Notes: generated by a model not told the origin, from the sequence alone. A DNA stretch of 64,000 nucleotides from Candidatus Bathyarchaeota archaeon (GCA_963828195.1 CAWHDT010000001.1:128001-192000); one strand, 5' to 3'; shown: positions 18,818 to 29,124, counted from the first letter of the stretch. Numbers and translations: made by a program.

Positions 18818-20056
18818 CTACCGGAACAGTTTCAAGGTTAGGAAGGCGACTAAGAAGACGATTGCGGTGATGATGAACATTGGAACGTAATCTAGCTTGA
18901 AGGCGAGATATGGCCCAAGGAAAGCGCCTATTGCGCCGCCTAAACCAACGAGCCCATCGAAGAAGCCGGTTTTTCCTGCAGGTATAACCTCCATAGAAAG
19001 AGAAAGCATCATGATATAGTACATGGCGTAGGCAAATCCGAGGAAGATAAGCAAGACGCCGGTCATCACTGCTGGCGAAAAAGCAAACAAAATTACCGCA
19101 ACAAGCACAAAAATCAGTAAGCTACGCAGTAGCACAAAGCGGGGCATTTGCTTGCCAATATTCATCGATTGTGCCCTTCCGCGGATCAGGAAGTAGCCCG
19201 CTGTTGCTCCTGCTGAGTTCAAGATGTATGCGATGTAAACGATGCTCATCGGCAAATGTAAGCCTTCGTTTAGAAAGATGGGCAGAGGTGTGAAGAAGAG
19301 GCTTGTTGCCAAAGCAAACAGAACTATGGCTAATGCGAAGCCTGTGAAGCTTTCTTGTTTAAGAGAACCATCCCAGGGCAGCCCATCCATGAGCCTAGAT
19401 GAGCCTTCAACGCCGCGGTGAGTGTACTCTAGCTTTTTCTCTATGCTTACCAATCGTCGCTCAAAAATCAGCAATGGGTCAGCAATCAAAGCTAAAGCCA
19501 GCGCGAAGGCAACCACGCTTAAAGCGCTGCAGAGGTAAAAAGTGTAAGTTACTGTTACTGAAGCAAAGGAAAGAGTAACGGTTGATGCAAACACGAAAAG
19601 GCCGATAGCGTAACCAATAATCGTGCCGATTTCGGTGAGTCCCTCGTAGAACCCGAAGGCTCTTTCCCAGTCGCTGCGGCTGTAATGCTCTGTGACAAGC
19701 ACGTTTTTGGGTGATTCATGCGCCACATGAAGCATCTGCATGACCACGTACAGGGCAACAAAAACGATTAAGTTCTGGGCGAACGGAAGCGTCATGAGGA
19801 AAAGAATTGCAGCTATTGAAGCGAAAGAAAGGAGAATAAACACTTTGTAGTGGCGGGTGGCGTCGCAGAGGTATCCCCAGAGAAATGAGGCGGGAATAGA
19901 GCAGAATATTGCGATTGACATCATTACTCCCAGGGCAAGCAGCGGTCCGCCTAAGAGGCTGGTATTTTTAAAAACAATTACGTAGAGCGGTATGAATACG
20001 GTTAGTAATCCGAAAGCCATATCATGGAAGAAGAACCCTAACCGCCACATAGCCAA
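18818..20056 (-). CDS. MFS transporter
   Basis: About 12 TM segments; WGYLCD..RH motif-A-like loop. Confidence 0.88.
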   Translation of the reverse strand: MAMWRLGFFFHDMAFGLLTVFIPLYVIVFKNTSLLGGPLLALGVMMSIAIFCSIPASFLWGYLCDATRHYKVFILLSFASIAAILFLMTLPFAQNLIVFVALYVVMQMLHVAHESPKNVLVTEHYSRSDWERAFGFYEGLTEIGTIIGYAIGLFVFASTVTLSFASVTVTYTFYLCSALSVVAFALALALIADPLLIFERRLVSIEKKLEYTHRGVEGSSRLMDGLPWDGSLKQESFTGFALAIVLFALATSLFFTPLPIFLNEGLHLPMSIVYIAYILNSAGATAGYFLIRGRAQSMNIGKQMPRFVLLRSLLIFVLVAVILFAFSPAVMTGVLLIFLGFAYAMYYIMMLSLSMEVIPAGKTGFFDGLVGLGGAIGAFLGPYLAFKLDYVPMFIITAIVFLVAFLTLKLFR

Positions 20057-20198
20057 AGAACGGCTTCAAGTATGCATTAAAGCTTTTGCATAAATAATCT
20101 AAATCCCTTAAATAGACCGCATTGAACGAATAAACTTCATAAATCCTTAATAGAGAGACCAGCCAATTTCATTCTCCGCTGGAGAGTTAATCAGCAAA

Positions 20199-20600
20199 AT
20201 GGCAAAATTCAAGGTAATAGTATCAGATCCCGAATCGGGAACTTCAAAAGTTGTTGAGCTGGAAGAAGCACGCGCAGCGCCGTTCATAGGCCGAAGAATT
20301 GGGGAAATAATAGACGGCACCGCAGTAGATTTGCCAGCGCATAAAGTGCAGATAAGAGGCGGCTCAGACAAAGACGGCGTCCCAATGAGGGGAAACGTTC
20401 ATGGCGGTGTCCGCCGAGCTGTGGTGCTTAGCGGTGGAGCAGGTTTTAACCCCAAGAAAAGCGGAGAAAGAAGGCGCAAAACAGTTCGGGGAAGCACAAT
20501 AACAGATGAAATTGTCCAGATTAACATGAAAATTGTGGAAAAGCCAGCTGCGAAAACTACGCCTGAAGCTAAAGCTCAACCTGTTGCAAAACCAGCATAA
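20199..20600 (+). CDS. rps6e: 30S ribosomal protein S6e
   Basis: FKVIVSDP, IRGGSDKDGVPM, GERRRKTVRG. Confidence 0.97.
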   Translation: MAKFKVIVSDPESGTSKVVELEEARAAPFIGRRIGEIIDGTAVDLPAHKVQIRGGSDKDGVPMRGNVHGGVRRAVVLSGGAGFNPKKSGERRRKTVRGSTITDEIVQINMKIVEKPAAKTTPEAKAQPVAKPA

Positions 20601-20682
20601 GTTTAACGATGCACATCTTAAACCTTATAAACATCCATAGTTCTTTCATAATTCATTAAATTTATTTAAAGAAGAGAACAAG

Positions 20683-21933
20683 ATGAGTGACGCGAGTAAA
20701 GCCTTGCCTAAGCAGCCAGAAGTCAACATTGGCACTATAGGTCATGTAGACCATGGGAAAACCACGTTGGTGCAAGCGTTAACTGGCGTTTGGGCGTCAA
20801 GGCACAGTGAAGAACTAAAAAGAGGCATCACCATAAAACTCGGCTACGCCGACATGCCTATTTACAAATGCCCGAAATGTGAACCCCCAAAAAACTACAC
20901 AATTAAACCGTTTTGTGAATTCTGCAATTCTAAAGCGGAATTCGTTCGGGCGATAAGTTTTGTTGACGCGCCAGGCCATGAAGCGCTGATGGCCACTATG
21001 CTTTCAGGCGCAGCCATAATGGATGGCGCAATTTTGGTTATTGCAGCTGATGAACCGTGTCCTCAACCGCAGACGCGAGAGCACCTTGCAGCCGCTGAAG
21101 TTAGCGGCATAAAGAACCTAATTATCGTTCAGAACAAGATTGATATTGTAGATGAGAAAAGAGCGCTGGAAAGCTATAAAGAAATCAAAAACTTCGTTAA
21201 AGGCACAGTAGCGGAGAAAGCGCCGATCATTCCAATATCAGCCCAACGCGGAATAAACATCGACGTACTCCTCAACGCGATCGAAACAGTTATTCCCACG
21301 CCCCAACGCGACGAAACTAAACCGCCGCTCATGTATATTATTCGCTCCTTCGACGTTAACAAGCCGGGAACCACCATCGACGAGTTGGAAGGAGGCATCG
21401 TCGGCGGAACAATAGCTCAGGGAAAATTTGTTGTTGGAGAAGAAATAGAAATTCGCCCAGGCATCAGCGTTGAAAGAGAAGGCAAAACCGTTTACGACCC
21501 GTTAATCAGCGAAATAGTCAGTTTGAACGCTGGCGAACGAAACGTGAAAGAAGCCACATGCGGGGGCCTAATTGGAGTGGGAACATGTCTGGATCCATCG
21601 TATTCAAAGGCAGACGGCTTAACAGGCAGCATTGCTGGAAAAGCAGGATTGCTTCCGCCGACATTGACGGAACTTACTTTGGAAACACACGTTTTGGAGC
21701 GTGCAGTTGGAACAAAAGAGCTTTTGAAGGTTGAAAAATTTAATCCTGATGAAGCGTTGCTGCTTCACATTGGTGCAGCTGTAAACGTTGGAAAAATCGT
21801 TTCAATAAAGCAAAACGTGATTAAAGTAAAGTTGACCAGACCGATTTGCGCATTGCCAGAGTCCAGAGTTGCAATCAGCAGAAAAATCACTGCCCGCTGG
21901 AGACTTATCGGATACGGATTAATCGTAAAGTAG
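20683..21933 (+). CDS. eif2g: Translation initiation factor 2 subunit gamma
   Basis: QPEVNIGTIGHVDHGKTT, HSEELKRGITIKLGYA, DAPGHE, QNKID, WRLIGYG. Confidence 0.98.
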   Translation: MSDASKALPKQPEVNIGTIGHVDHGKTTLVQALTGVWASRHSEELKRGITIKLGYADMPIYKCPKCEPPKNYTIKPFCEFCNSKAEFVRAISFVDAPGHEALMATMLSGAAIMDGAILVIAADEPCPQPQTREHLAAAEVSGIKNLIIVQNKIDIVDEKRALESYKEIKNFVKGTVAEKAPIIPISAQRGINIDVLLNAIETVIPTPQRDETKPPLMYIIRSFDVNKPGTTIDELEGGIVGGTIAQGKFVVGEEIEIRPGISVEREGKTVYDPLISEIVSLNAGERNVKEATCGGLIGVGTCLDPSYSKADGLTGSIAGKAGLLPPTLTELTLETHVLERAVGTKELLKVEKFNPDEALLLHIGAAVNVGKIVSIKQNVIKVKLTRPICALPESRVAISRKITARWRLIGYGLIVK

Positions 21934-21941
21934 AGTAGAGT

Positions 21942-22379
21942 TTAATCCGTTAATTTTATTATGCCGTTTTTCTTGAGGAAATCGTGTGCTTTCTGCATAA
22001 CGTCTTTGGCATTTTTAAAAGTCAGTTTTTCCATTGCATGCTGGTAATCGAGCCAAGTGTAGCCCACATGCTCAAATGACAACTCAACCTTATCGGTGAA
22101 TGACTCCATCACGAAGAATACAACTTCTTTATGGACGGTTAAGCCCTGTCTCCTGTAAAAATACGCGATTGCCTCCCTGAAACCATCTAAAAATTGGGCT
22201 TCAGTTATGCCTGTTTCCTCTTTCAGTTCGCGGGTAACGGTTTCTTTTTCGCTTTCATTGGGTTCAACGTTTCCCTTAACAAAATCCCAGTGGCCCGCTG
22301 CGTAATTAAGCAGAAGATATTTTGTAGCTTCATCCTTTTTTATGAATATAACTGCGCCACAAGATTTCTCTCGGAGCAT
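21942..22379 (-). CDS. NUDIX hydrolase (Ap4A hydrolase-like)
   Basis: HWDFVKG plus Nudix box GNVEPNESEKETVTRELKEETG; LSFEH. Confidence 0.92.
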   Translation of the reverse strand: MLREKSCGAVIFIKKDEATKYLLLNYAAGHWDFVKGNVEPNESEKETVTRELKEETGITEAQFLDGFREAIAYFYRRQGLTVHKEVVFFVMESFTDKVELSFEHVGYTWLDYQHAMEKLTFKNAKDVMQKAHDFLKKNGIIKLTD

Positions 22380-22519
22380 TCATTCACCCAGCCGATGCTC
22401 AATTCATTTACTCAAGGTATTTAAACTGATAGTTAATCTGAAGGGCAAGCTGAGATACCAACTGAAACAATAGGGATAAACGAAATGTTTAAGCTTGCAA
22501 AAAACAATTTTTTTGGGTT

Positions 22520-22960
22520 GTGGAGCCGTTGCAAGTGCCAGTTTCAACAAGTAGCAGAAACCAACCGGTAAAAGTCATCTTGGATTCAAACGCGTTGTTT
22601 GTGCCCTTTGAATTCAAACTTGATATTTTCTCTGAAGTCAAGCAGTTGTTAAACCGCAATGTTGACTTCATTTTGCTCTCGCCCGTTAAACGCGAACTCG
22701 AATTGCTCTCTGCCAATGGATCCCCCAAAATTCGCAGGGAAGCAGCTTACGCGTTGAAGCTGGCTGAAAAATGCAAATATGTTGCGGTTGAAGAACAGGA
22801 GAAGCTGTCAACTGACGACGCCATAGTTAAGGTAGCAAAAGCATGGAGTTCGCCCGTGTTCACCAACGATAAGGAGCTAAGGAGGAAGCTAAGAGATATA
22901 AGCGTGCCAGTGATTTATTTGAGACAAAAATCGCGTCTAGAGATTGACGGGTTGATATAA
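22520..22960 (+). CDS. PIN-domain protein (Utp24/Fcf1-like)
   Basis: VILDSNAL, V..ELE, TDDAI, VFTNDKELRRKL; conserved position before rpo7. Confidence 0.9.
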   Translation: MEPLQVPVSTSSRNQPVKVILDSNALFVPFEFKLDIFSEVKQLLNRNVDFILLSPVKRELELLSANGSPKIRREAAYALKLAEKCKYVAVEEQEKLSTDDAIVKVAKAWSSPVFTNDKELRRKLRDISVPVIYLRQKSRLEIDGLI

Positions 22961-22963
22961 ACT

Positions 22964-23548
22964 ATGTTTAAGCTCATAACATTACAGGATACTATCCGTA
23001 TTCCCCCAGAAACCTTCGGCAACCCCCTAGAAAAAGTCGGTCGGGAACAAGTCAAGCAGAAGTACGAGGGAGTCGTAGACGAGGAATTAGGATACGTCAT
23101 AGCAGTCACAACTATAGAGGTAAGCCCCATCGGCAAAATAATTCCAGGCGACGGAGCAACATATCACAAAGTATCTTTTTCGCTTTTAACGTTCTACCCG
23201 GTAATTCAAGAAGTCGTAGAAGGAGACGTCGTTGAAATCGCTGATTTCGGCGCCTTCGTACGCATCGGACCAGTAGATGCGCTCCTGCATGTTTCACAGC
23301 TCATGGACGATTACATCTCTTACGACGAAAAACAAGGAGTCCTGCAGGGAAAAGAAACCAAAAGAAAACTGTCCACAGGCGACCAAGTACGTGTCAGGAT
23401 AACCGCGGTTTCGCTTGGCAGAGCAGGAAGTTCAGGAAAAATCGGTGTAACCGCCCGGCAACCGTTTTTAGGTAAACTTGACTGGTTAAAAGAGGCAGCT
23501 GAGGCGCCTGCAAAGAAACCGGCGGAAACCAAAGAGAAAGCGGAGTAA
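22964..23548 (+). CDS. rpoE1: DNA-directed RNA polymerase subunit E' (Rpo7)
   Basis: IRIPP..FG, GKIIPGDGA, S1 domain FGAFVRIGPVDALLHVSQ, RQPFLGK. Confidence 0.97.
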   Translation: MFKLITLQDTIRIPPETFGNPLEKVGREQVKQKYEGVVDEELGYVIAVTTIEVSPIGKIIPGDGATYHKVSFSLLTFYPVIQEVVEGDVVEIADFGAFVRIGPVDALLHVSQLMDDYISYDEKQGVLQGKETKRKLSTGDQVRVRITAVSLGRAGSSGKIGVTARQPFLGKLDWLKEAAEAPAKKPAETKEKAE

Positions 23549-23564
23549 ACAGGAGCGAACTGTA

Positions 23565-23750
23565 ATGAGCGAAAAAGCATGTGCTAACTGTCATTTCATA
23601 ACCAAAGAGAACGTGTGCGTCAGATGCAGGTCAACTAGTTTTAGCGAGGACTACGCCGGCTTAGTCGTCATGTTTGACCCTGAAAACTCGGTTATCGCAA
23701 AAGCCATGAACATAAAAGAAAAAGGCAGATACGCCCTAAAAGTGCGCTAA
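23565..23750 (+). CDS. spt4: Transcription elongation factor Spt4 (RpoE'')
   Basis: KACANC...CVRC...DPENS.IAK...G.YALKVR. Confidence 0.95.
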   Translation: MSEKACANCHFITKENVCVRCRSTSFSEDYAGLVVMFDPENSVIAKAMNIKEKGRYALKVR

Positions 23751-23816
23751 GCTGCTTTTAAGCATAGAACGGTAACTTCATACAACCCTAAACTGTTTGT
23801 TTCGATAGGTGAAACC

Positions 23817-24365
23817 TTGACTGTAGTCTACAGTGTAACACCGGAGCTTCGAGAGAAATTCAAAGAACCATTCGGGATCCTGATCCAAGGCTCATTTAAC
23901 GAAACCATGGGCAAAATGAAGGAGTTGGTGGATAAAGAGAAGCCGCCGAGAACAATTTCGGTGGGAGACGTAGTTAGCCGCAACCTTCACGAGCACAACA
24001 TTCATCCCCAACTAACAATTATCGACAATAAATTTCTCAGAAGCCAAACCATGCCCCAGAAAGCTTCAGCGGAAAGAACAATCCATGTGAAGAACCCACA
24101 GGGAACAATAACTCAAGAAGCAATTTCCGCGATCAAGGAAGCCTTAGAAAAAAAAGAGCATACACACATTGTCGTCAACGGCGAAGAAGATTTACTTACA
24201 CTCATAGCCGTTTTGTACGCTCCAGAAAACTCTTTTGTGGTCTATGGGCAACCCTATTCGGGCATCGTTGTCGTTAAAGTTTCTTCAGAAAAAAAGGCTC
24301 AGGCCAAGGAATTCCTGAAAGCCATGAAAATCTTCGAAAAGCTAAATAGGAAGAAAACTGTATGA
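23817..24365 (+). CDS. GTP-dependent dephospho-CoA kinase (DUF359)
   Basis: SVGDVV, NPQGTIT, GEEDLL, YGQP motifs; conserved synteny. Confidence 0.92.
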   Translation: MTVVYSVTPELREKFKEPFGILIQGSFNETMGKMKELVDKEKPPRTISVGDVVSRNLHEHNIHPQLTIIDNKFLRSQTMPQKASAERTIHVKNPQGTITQEAISAIKEALEKKEHTHIVVNGEEDLLTLIAVLYAPENSFVVYGQPYSGIVVVKVSSEKKAQAKEFLKAMKIFEKLNRKKTV

Positions 24366-24378
24366 ACTTACGCCTTAA

Positions 24379-24699
24379 GTGAATATAATGCAACTCAAAA
24401 TAGAATCAACCAATAACAATCCGCTTCTGAAACGGAAAGAAGTAGTCTTCACGATTATCCAAGGTCCAAAAGAAAAAACTCCGCCGAGGCTAGAAGTGAA
24501 AAAAGCCTTAGCCGTCGAAATGAAAATCGGCGACGACGTGGTTTTTATCAAAAGAATGCATACAAAAACGGGAACAAGCATAACGCAGGGAGATGCTAAC
24601 GTGTACCAAACAGTCGCGCAGGCTAAACTCGTCGAGCCTGAATACATCAGGAAACGCAATAGCCCACCTGAAAAGCCCAAAGAAGAGGCGACAGCATAA
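24379..24699 (+). CDS. rps24e: 30S ribosomal protein S24e
   Basis: NPLLKRKEV, TPPR, G.A.VY, EPEYIRKRN. Confidence 0.95.
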   Translation: MNIMQLKIESTNNNPLLKRKEVVFTIIQGPKEKTPPRLEVKKALAVEMKIGDDVVFIKRMHTKTGTSITQGDANVYQTVAQAKLVEPEYIRKRNSPPEKPKEEATA

Positions 24700-25004
24700 T
24701 GTCAAAGAAACCAGCACCCCCGCCAAAGAAAGAAGAGAAACCCGCAGCAGCACCGAAGAAAGAAGAGGCAAAACCAGCTGCAGCTGCTGAAGGAGCGCCA
24801 AAACCGCAAAAGGCTGAGAAAGCAAAACATGAAAAGAAGCATCGGGAAGAAAAGGGTGTCCATGCAATGTACAAGGTTGAAGAAAGCAAGGTCAGCCGTG
24901 CACGTCCAACCTGCGAGCGGTGTGGAGCAGGATTCTTCATGGCAGACCACCATGACAGGTACACATGCGGACACTGCGGTTTTACTCGTTACAAGCAGAA
25001 ATAA
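24699..25004 (+). CDS. rps27ae: 30S ribosomal protein S27ae with K/A/P/E-rich N-terminal extension
   Basis: CERCGAGFFMADH.DRYTCGHCG. Confidence 0.95.
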   Translation: MSKKPAPPPKKEEKPAAAPKKEEAKPAAAAEGAPKPQKAEKAKHEKKHREEKGVHAMYKVEESKVSRARPTCERCGAGFFMADHHDRYTCGHCGFTRYKQK

Positions 25005-25047
25005 GCAGTTTTAAATCTCCCGTCACGATTAGTTCTGGTGACCTGAT

Positions 25048-25476
25048 ATGCTTAGAGTTAACGTTGTGATAACCAGCATCACTGCAGAACGCTTCTGGGA
25101 CATACGAAAACCCATCCCCCCAATCCAGATAAACACGAACATCAACGTGGTCGGCATGGAAAAGAAACAGGACGAATCCTTAGAAGTACCGTTTGTTCTG
25201 TCAATCGCGTTTAACCCCTCCATCGCACAAATGAGCATAAAAGGAAACGCCTACGTGACCGGCGAGAAAAACGAAGTTGAAAAAACCCTCAAAGACTACG
25301 AACAAAAAAAGCCCCCGCCACAAATAATAATCCAATCAGTATCAAACGTCGTCTTCATCGAAGCCGTACTCATATCAAGAATACTAAATATTCCCCCGCC
25401 TGTTCCGCTCCCGCAGATTCCTGAAGCTGGAAAACAACCAAGCGCTAAGCCCCAAGGAAGAGACTACAGCCAATAA
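25048..25476 (+). CDS. Conserved archaeal hypothetical protein (possible SecB-like fold)
   Basis: Beta-rich N-terminal part, helix, then IPPPVPLP; fold assignment is tentative. Confidence 0.7.
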   Translation: MLRVNVVITSITAERFWDIRKPIPPIQINTNINVVGMEKKQDESLEVPFVLSIAFNPSIAQMSIKGNAYVTGEKNEVEKTLKDYEQKKPPPQIIIQSVSNVVFIEAVLISRILNIPPPVPLPQIPEAGKQPSAKPQGRDYSQ

Positions 25477-25599
25477 CAGCCTCTTTTAGTCGCCTTTCAC
25501 TATTTTTTTCGTTAATGTCTGGGTTCATTTTTTCCGTTGATGTTGCCATTTGGAGTTTTAGGTTCATTCTTTTGGCATAGCTAATCCCGCTAAGCACGG

Positions 25600-25863
25600 T
25601 TATGGGTGTTTTCTCTGGTTTGAAACAAAATCAATAACAAAAATGAGAAATAAAATAATTCCAACAACCGTTAATCCTACGCCAAGATAAGTTACTAAGC
25701 CACTATCTAAGCGGTTTGTGCGTCTTGAAGACCTTAAGTAACCAACCTGTGTGATAACTATTCCAGTGAGCAGTAAAATGACGCCTACTCTACCAACAAT
25801 CGTTCCATACCCTTTGGACATCTTTTTTCCTTCGTGCCAATCTTTGAGCAGGTTGTTCCCCAA
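25600..25863 (-). CDS. Small two-TM membrane protein
   Basis: Two hydrophobic helices; start may be ATG 25821. Confidence 0.6.
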   Translation of the reverse strand: MGNNLLKDWHEGKKMSKGYGTIVGRVGVILLLTGIVITQVGYLRSSRRTNRLDSGLVTYLGVGLTVVGIILFLIFVIDFVSNQRKHP

Positions 25864-25920
25864 ATAGTTTTGCGGCGAGCTTCTGCCATTTTTGGCTGGT
25901 TTGTTGGTTGTAACCCGCTT

Positions 25921-27420
25921 TTACAGGAACCCTTTGGATCTTCTGGCAACTGCGTCGGCAATTTTCAATTCAATTGGGAACGAAAATGACCTGTGTTTCC
26001 ATCGGTATTTCTCGATTTTGTTCATTATTGTGTAAGCTGTTTTGAATGCGAAGTCGCGTTCTTTTATTCGCTCTTGAGGATAGAAGGCAAGTCGGCTGAC
26101 AGCTGAGATCGTGTGTAGTTTTGCTACTTGTTTTTTGCTGTGCCATGGGGGGTCGAAATGGAAAACGTGGATGCTTCCCCACTCTTCTAGCGTTTGAGGC
26201 GGTGTATAGCCTGGGGGTAAAATTTGGGTTAGGGGGCTTGGGAAGGGTGTGTAGACGAATATGCCGTAGTGCTGGGTCTTGGGGTTTACTTCAGTCATTT
26301 TGTCCATGAGGTCGAAGGTTTGGTTTAGGTCTTGGTCTGTTTCGCCTGGTAAGCCGCTCATCCATGACACGTAGGGTTCGATGGTGGGTGCCCATGCCTT
26401 GAGGTTTGAAACTGACTGGAGCATTTGGTCCGCCGTCACGTCCTTGCATATGAGCTCCTGCAGACGTGATGAACCCGATTCGCCTCCGAAATCAAGCTCG
26501 ACGCAGCCAGCCCGCTCCAGAAGCCCGAGGAATTCCCTGTCGTAAGTGGACAGGTAATCGAATCGGCAGTTAGCCCGCCACCGAACGTCGAGTTTCCGAT
26601 CCAAAATGCCTTGGCAGATTTCTCTGACCCGCTGTTGATCCACAAAAACGTTGTCGTCAATGGGATCGATTATTTTGACGTTGGGAAACCGCTTCAGGAT
26701 GTAGTCTATTTCGTCAAGAACCCGTTTCGCGCTTTTTCCACGCCACCTTTTCTTGTTGAATTGGGTGTTGTAGCAGAAGCCGCATCGGTGGGGGCAGCCT
26801 CTGCTTGTTTGGATGTGGAATCTGCCTGATTTCACCGAGGGGTACCGTTCCATTTCTAGGAGATTGTAGGGCAACTCGATGGGGATTTGGTCTAAGTCGA
26901 TTACTTCGCCGTCGGGGTTGCTTTTGACTTCGGCGCCGACCCGGTAGGTTACGCCTGCAACGTTGTTAAGCGGCTGACCAGAAGCAAGGGCGTTTGCCAA
27001 GTCCTTGATTATCAGTTCTCCTTCTCCGCGGACAACCACGTCGACGAGGGGGTTGCTTGCGGTTTGCTGAGGCAGCAGGGTTGGATGTACGCCGCCCCAG
27101 ACCAGCGGGCACGACGGGTTCTGCGTCTTGGCGGAACAGGCGAATTCCAAGGCGTACTTGATTTGTAAGCCGCTCATGCAGGTTATGCCGATGAAGAGGG
27201 GGTCGCCGATTTTGATTTGCCGGTAGTCTTGGAGGCGCATGTCAAGAATTCTGACGGCGTAGCCTTCTTGCTGGAGGGATGCGGCGATGTGGAGGAGGGC
27301 CAACGGAACCTGGGGGTCGGGGGCTTTGAATTTTCCGGGGAAAACAAGCAGAACGTCTCTTTTGGGGTTACCGAGGTCTAAACTGCAGAAACGGGATAGG
27401 CATGCTCGGGAAAATGACAA
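25921..27420 (-). CDS. Cobalamin-binding radical SAM protein (class B methyltransferase-like)
   Basis: B12-binding WGGVHPT, RGEGE; TSRGCPHRCGFC; GGESGS; GLPGET. Confidence 0.92.
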   Translation of the reverse strand: MSFSRACLSRFCSLDLGNPKRDVLLVFPGKFKAPDPQVPLALLHIAASLQQEGYAVRILDMRLQDYRQIKIGDPLFIGITCMSGLQIKYALEFACSAKTQNPSCPLVWGGVHPTLLPQQTASNPLVDVVVRGEGELIIKDLANALASGQPLNNVAGVTYRVGAEVKSNPDGEVIDLDQIPIELPYNLLEMERYPSVKSGRFHIQTSRGCPHRCGFCYNTQFNKKRWRGKSAKRVLDEIDYILKRFPNVKIIDPIDDNVFVDQQRVREICQGILDRKLDVRWRANCRFDYLSTYDREFLGLLERAGCVELDFGGESGSSRLQELICKDVTADQMLQSVSNLKAWAPTIEPYVSWMSGLPGETDQDLNQTFDLMDKMTEVNPKTQHYGIFVYTPFPSPLTQILPPGYTPPQTLEEWGSIHVFHFDPPWHSKKQVAKLHTISAVSRLAFYPQERIKERDFAFKTAYTIMNKIEKYRWKHRSFSFPIELKIADAVARRSKGFL

Positions 27421-27601
27421 CTCTAAAAAGCCTCATTATATAATGGGGAGATTGCCCTTTTAATCCTTCCTAAATCCAACCCGCCTGTGAAGCTTAAAAA
27501 TCTAAGCATAAATCAAGCTCTAACCCAGAAAATCAATTAGAAACCAGCCCTGACTCTAAACAACCTCTCCTAAAGAAGGGTCTACTATTTGTGCCAAAAA
27601 C

Positions 27602-27753
27602 CAGCCGCAAAAAGAAACAGGACAAAGAAGAAGAAGAAAAACGATTTCACGGAGCTTCTTCTTCTTTTAAAAATAATTTTTTAGATGGCTGCATTAAATC
27701 CGGGTTCTTTAGAAGAACAACATTTGAATTCCAGGTGTTGTTGTTCTTTTAAA
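27602..27753. repeat. Two tandem long hairpins in the intergenic region downstream of rps19
   Basis: AAAGAAGAAGAAG (27624-36)/CTTCTTCTTCTTT (27655-67); TTTAGAAGAACAACA (27708-22)/TGTTGTTCTTTTAAA (27739-53). Confidence 0.7.
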
Positions 27754-27905
27754 ATTTAAAAATCAGCAACAAAAAGCCAGCCACAAAAAAACGCACGCAA
27801 AAGACTTCTCCTACCCCCACAACCTAGAACCAGTCACCACAAAAAACGGCGGCAAAGCTAAAGTGAATAAAAGCAATAAAGAAGTGGAAAAGCCGAAACG
27901 GGGCT

Positions 27906-28310
27906 TTATTTTAGCGGCACGTACATTGATGATCGTGATGCGCCGATGCCTGGGGTTCCATGCCTGACTGGTTTGTTAGTTACTGCGAATTCGCCTAGAT
28001 AGTGCCCGATCATTTCAGGTTTCATTTCGACGCTGACGAATTCTTTGCCGTTGTGGATCTGGATTTTGATGCCGACCATTTCGGGCAGGATAATGAGGTC
28101 GCGAACGTGGGTTTTTAGGTTGACTTCTTTGCCTTGTTTCTGGGCTTCTTTAGCTTCTCTTAGCTTCTCGAGCAGTATGCGTTGTTCAGGAGTTAACCCG
28201 CGCTGCAGACTTCTTCTTTGGCGTGAGGGAAGCAGGTTGATGAATTCGTCCATAGACATTCCTGTCAAACTGTTTAAGCTGTGTCCGCGGTAACTGAATT
28301 CTTTAGGCAT
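27906..28310 (-). CDS. rps19p: 30S ribosomal protein S19
   Basis: [35 protein letters not shown]. Confidence 0.98.
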   Translation of the reverse strand: MPKEFSYRGHSLNSLTGMSMDEFINLLPSRQRRSLQRGLTPEQRILLEKLREAKEAQKQGKEVNLKTHVRDLIILPEMVGIKIQIHNGKEFVSVEMKPEMIGHYLGEFAVTNKPVRHGTPGIGASRSSMYVPLK

Positions 28311-28363
28311 TTTTCATCTTCACCTTAAACTTATATTAAACGCTATAAACCTTCTGCCACTTC

Positions 28364-29104
28364 TTAGCGGATTGCGCGCTTCTTTTTCTGTCCTGGTCCC
28401 CTTGCCGCGATCAACCCTACTTTTTGTCCTGGTGGAGCCCCATGCGAGGTTGTTGTGCATCTGCGGGAGCTGCGTTTGCTGCTGCCGAAGGGGTGGCATG
28501 CTGGAACCATTTTGCGTCCGCTGACTCGTGGATACTTGTGGCCTTTAGCTTTCATTCTATGGAACATCGATCCTGCTTTAAGGAAAGGCTTCTCGATTCG
28601 CCCAGCGGCTGAAACCACGCCTACAGTTGTCAAACAGAAGTCGTTAACGTACCTTGTTCTGCCAGAAGGCAAACGAATCATCGTGCCCTGCGGAGTATGA
28701 CCTACGACGGTAGCGTAGGCACCGGAGGACTTGGCCATTTTGCCGCCGTCGCCTGGACGAAGCTCCAAATCGCAAACAATTGTTCCTTCAGGCACTTTTC
28801 CCAAAGGAAGAATGTTGCCTATTTCAGCCGGAGCTTTTCCGCCGTAGTGGATTTGCTGTCCGATGAAAAGGCCTTCTGGGACAACGGTGTAGCAGGATAA
28901 GCCGTTTTCGAATTTAACAAGTGAGATCGGCGCTCCGCTGCCAGGGTTATGCAGAAGAGCTTCGACTTTGCCAGTTAATGAAGCTTCAAATGATTCTTTC
29001 GGGGCTATGGTAGGATACTTTGCAGGAGCAACTCTCTTATGAGTTGAAGCTCGCCAGTTGATTCCGCCACGACCGCGTCTTTGAACACGAATACGTTTTC
29101 CCAT
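28364..29104 (-). CDS. rpl2p: 50S ribosomal protein L2
   Basis: MGKRIRVQRRGRG, GDGGK.A.SSG, PPGQKVGLIAAR. Confidence 0.98.
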   Translation of the reverse strand: MGKRIRVQRRGRGGINWRASTHKRVAPAKYPTIAPKESFEASLTGKVEALLHNPGSGAPISLVKFENGLSCYTVVPEGLFIGQQIHYGGKAPAEIGNILPLGKVPEGTIVCDLELRPGDGGKMAKSSGAYATVVGHTPQGTMIRLPSGRTRYVNDFCLTTVGVVSAAGRIEKPFLKAGSMFHRMKAKGHKYPRVSGRKMVPACHPFGSSKRSSRRCTTTSHGAPPGQKVGLIAARGPGQKKKRAIR

Positions 29105-29124
29105 AAGTCATGCCTTCAATTAGT

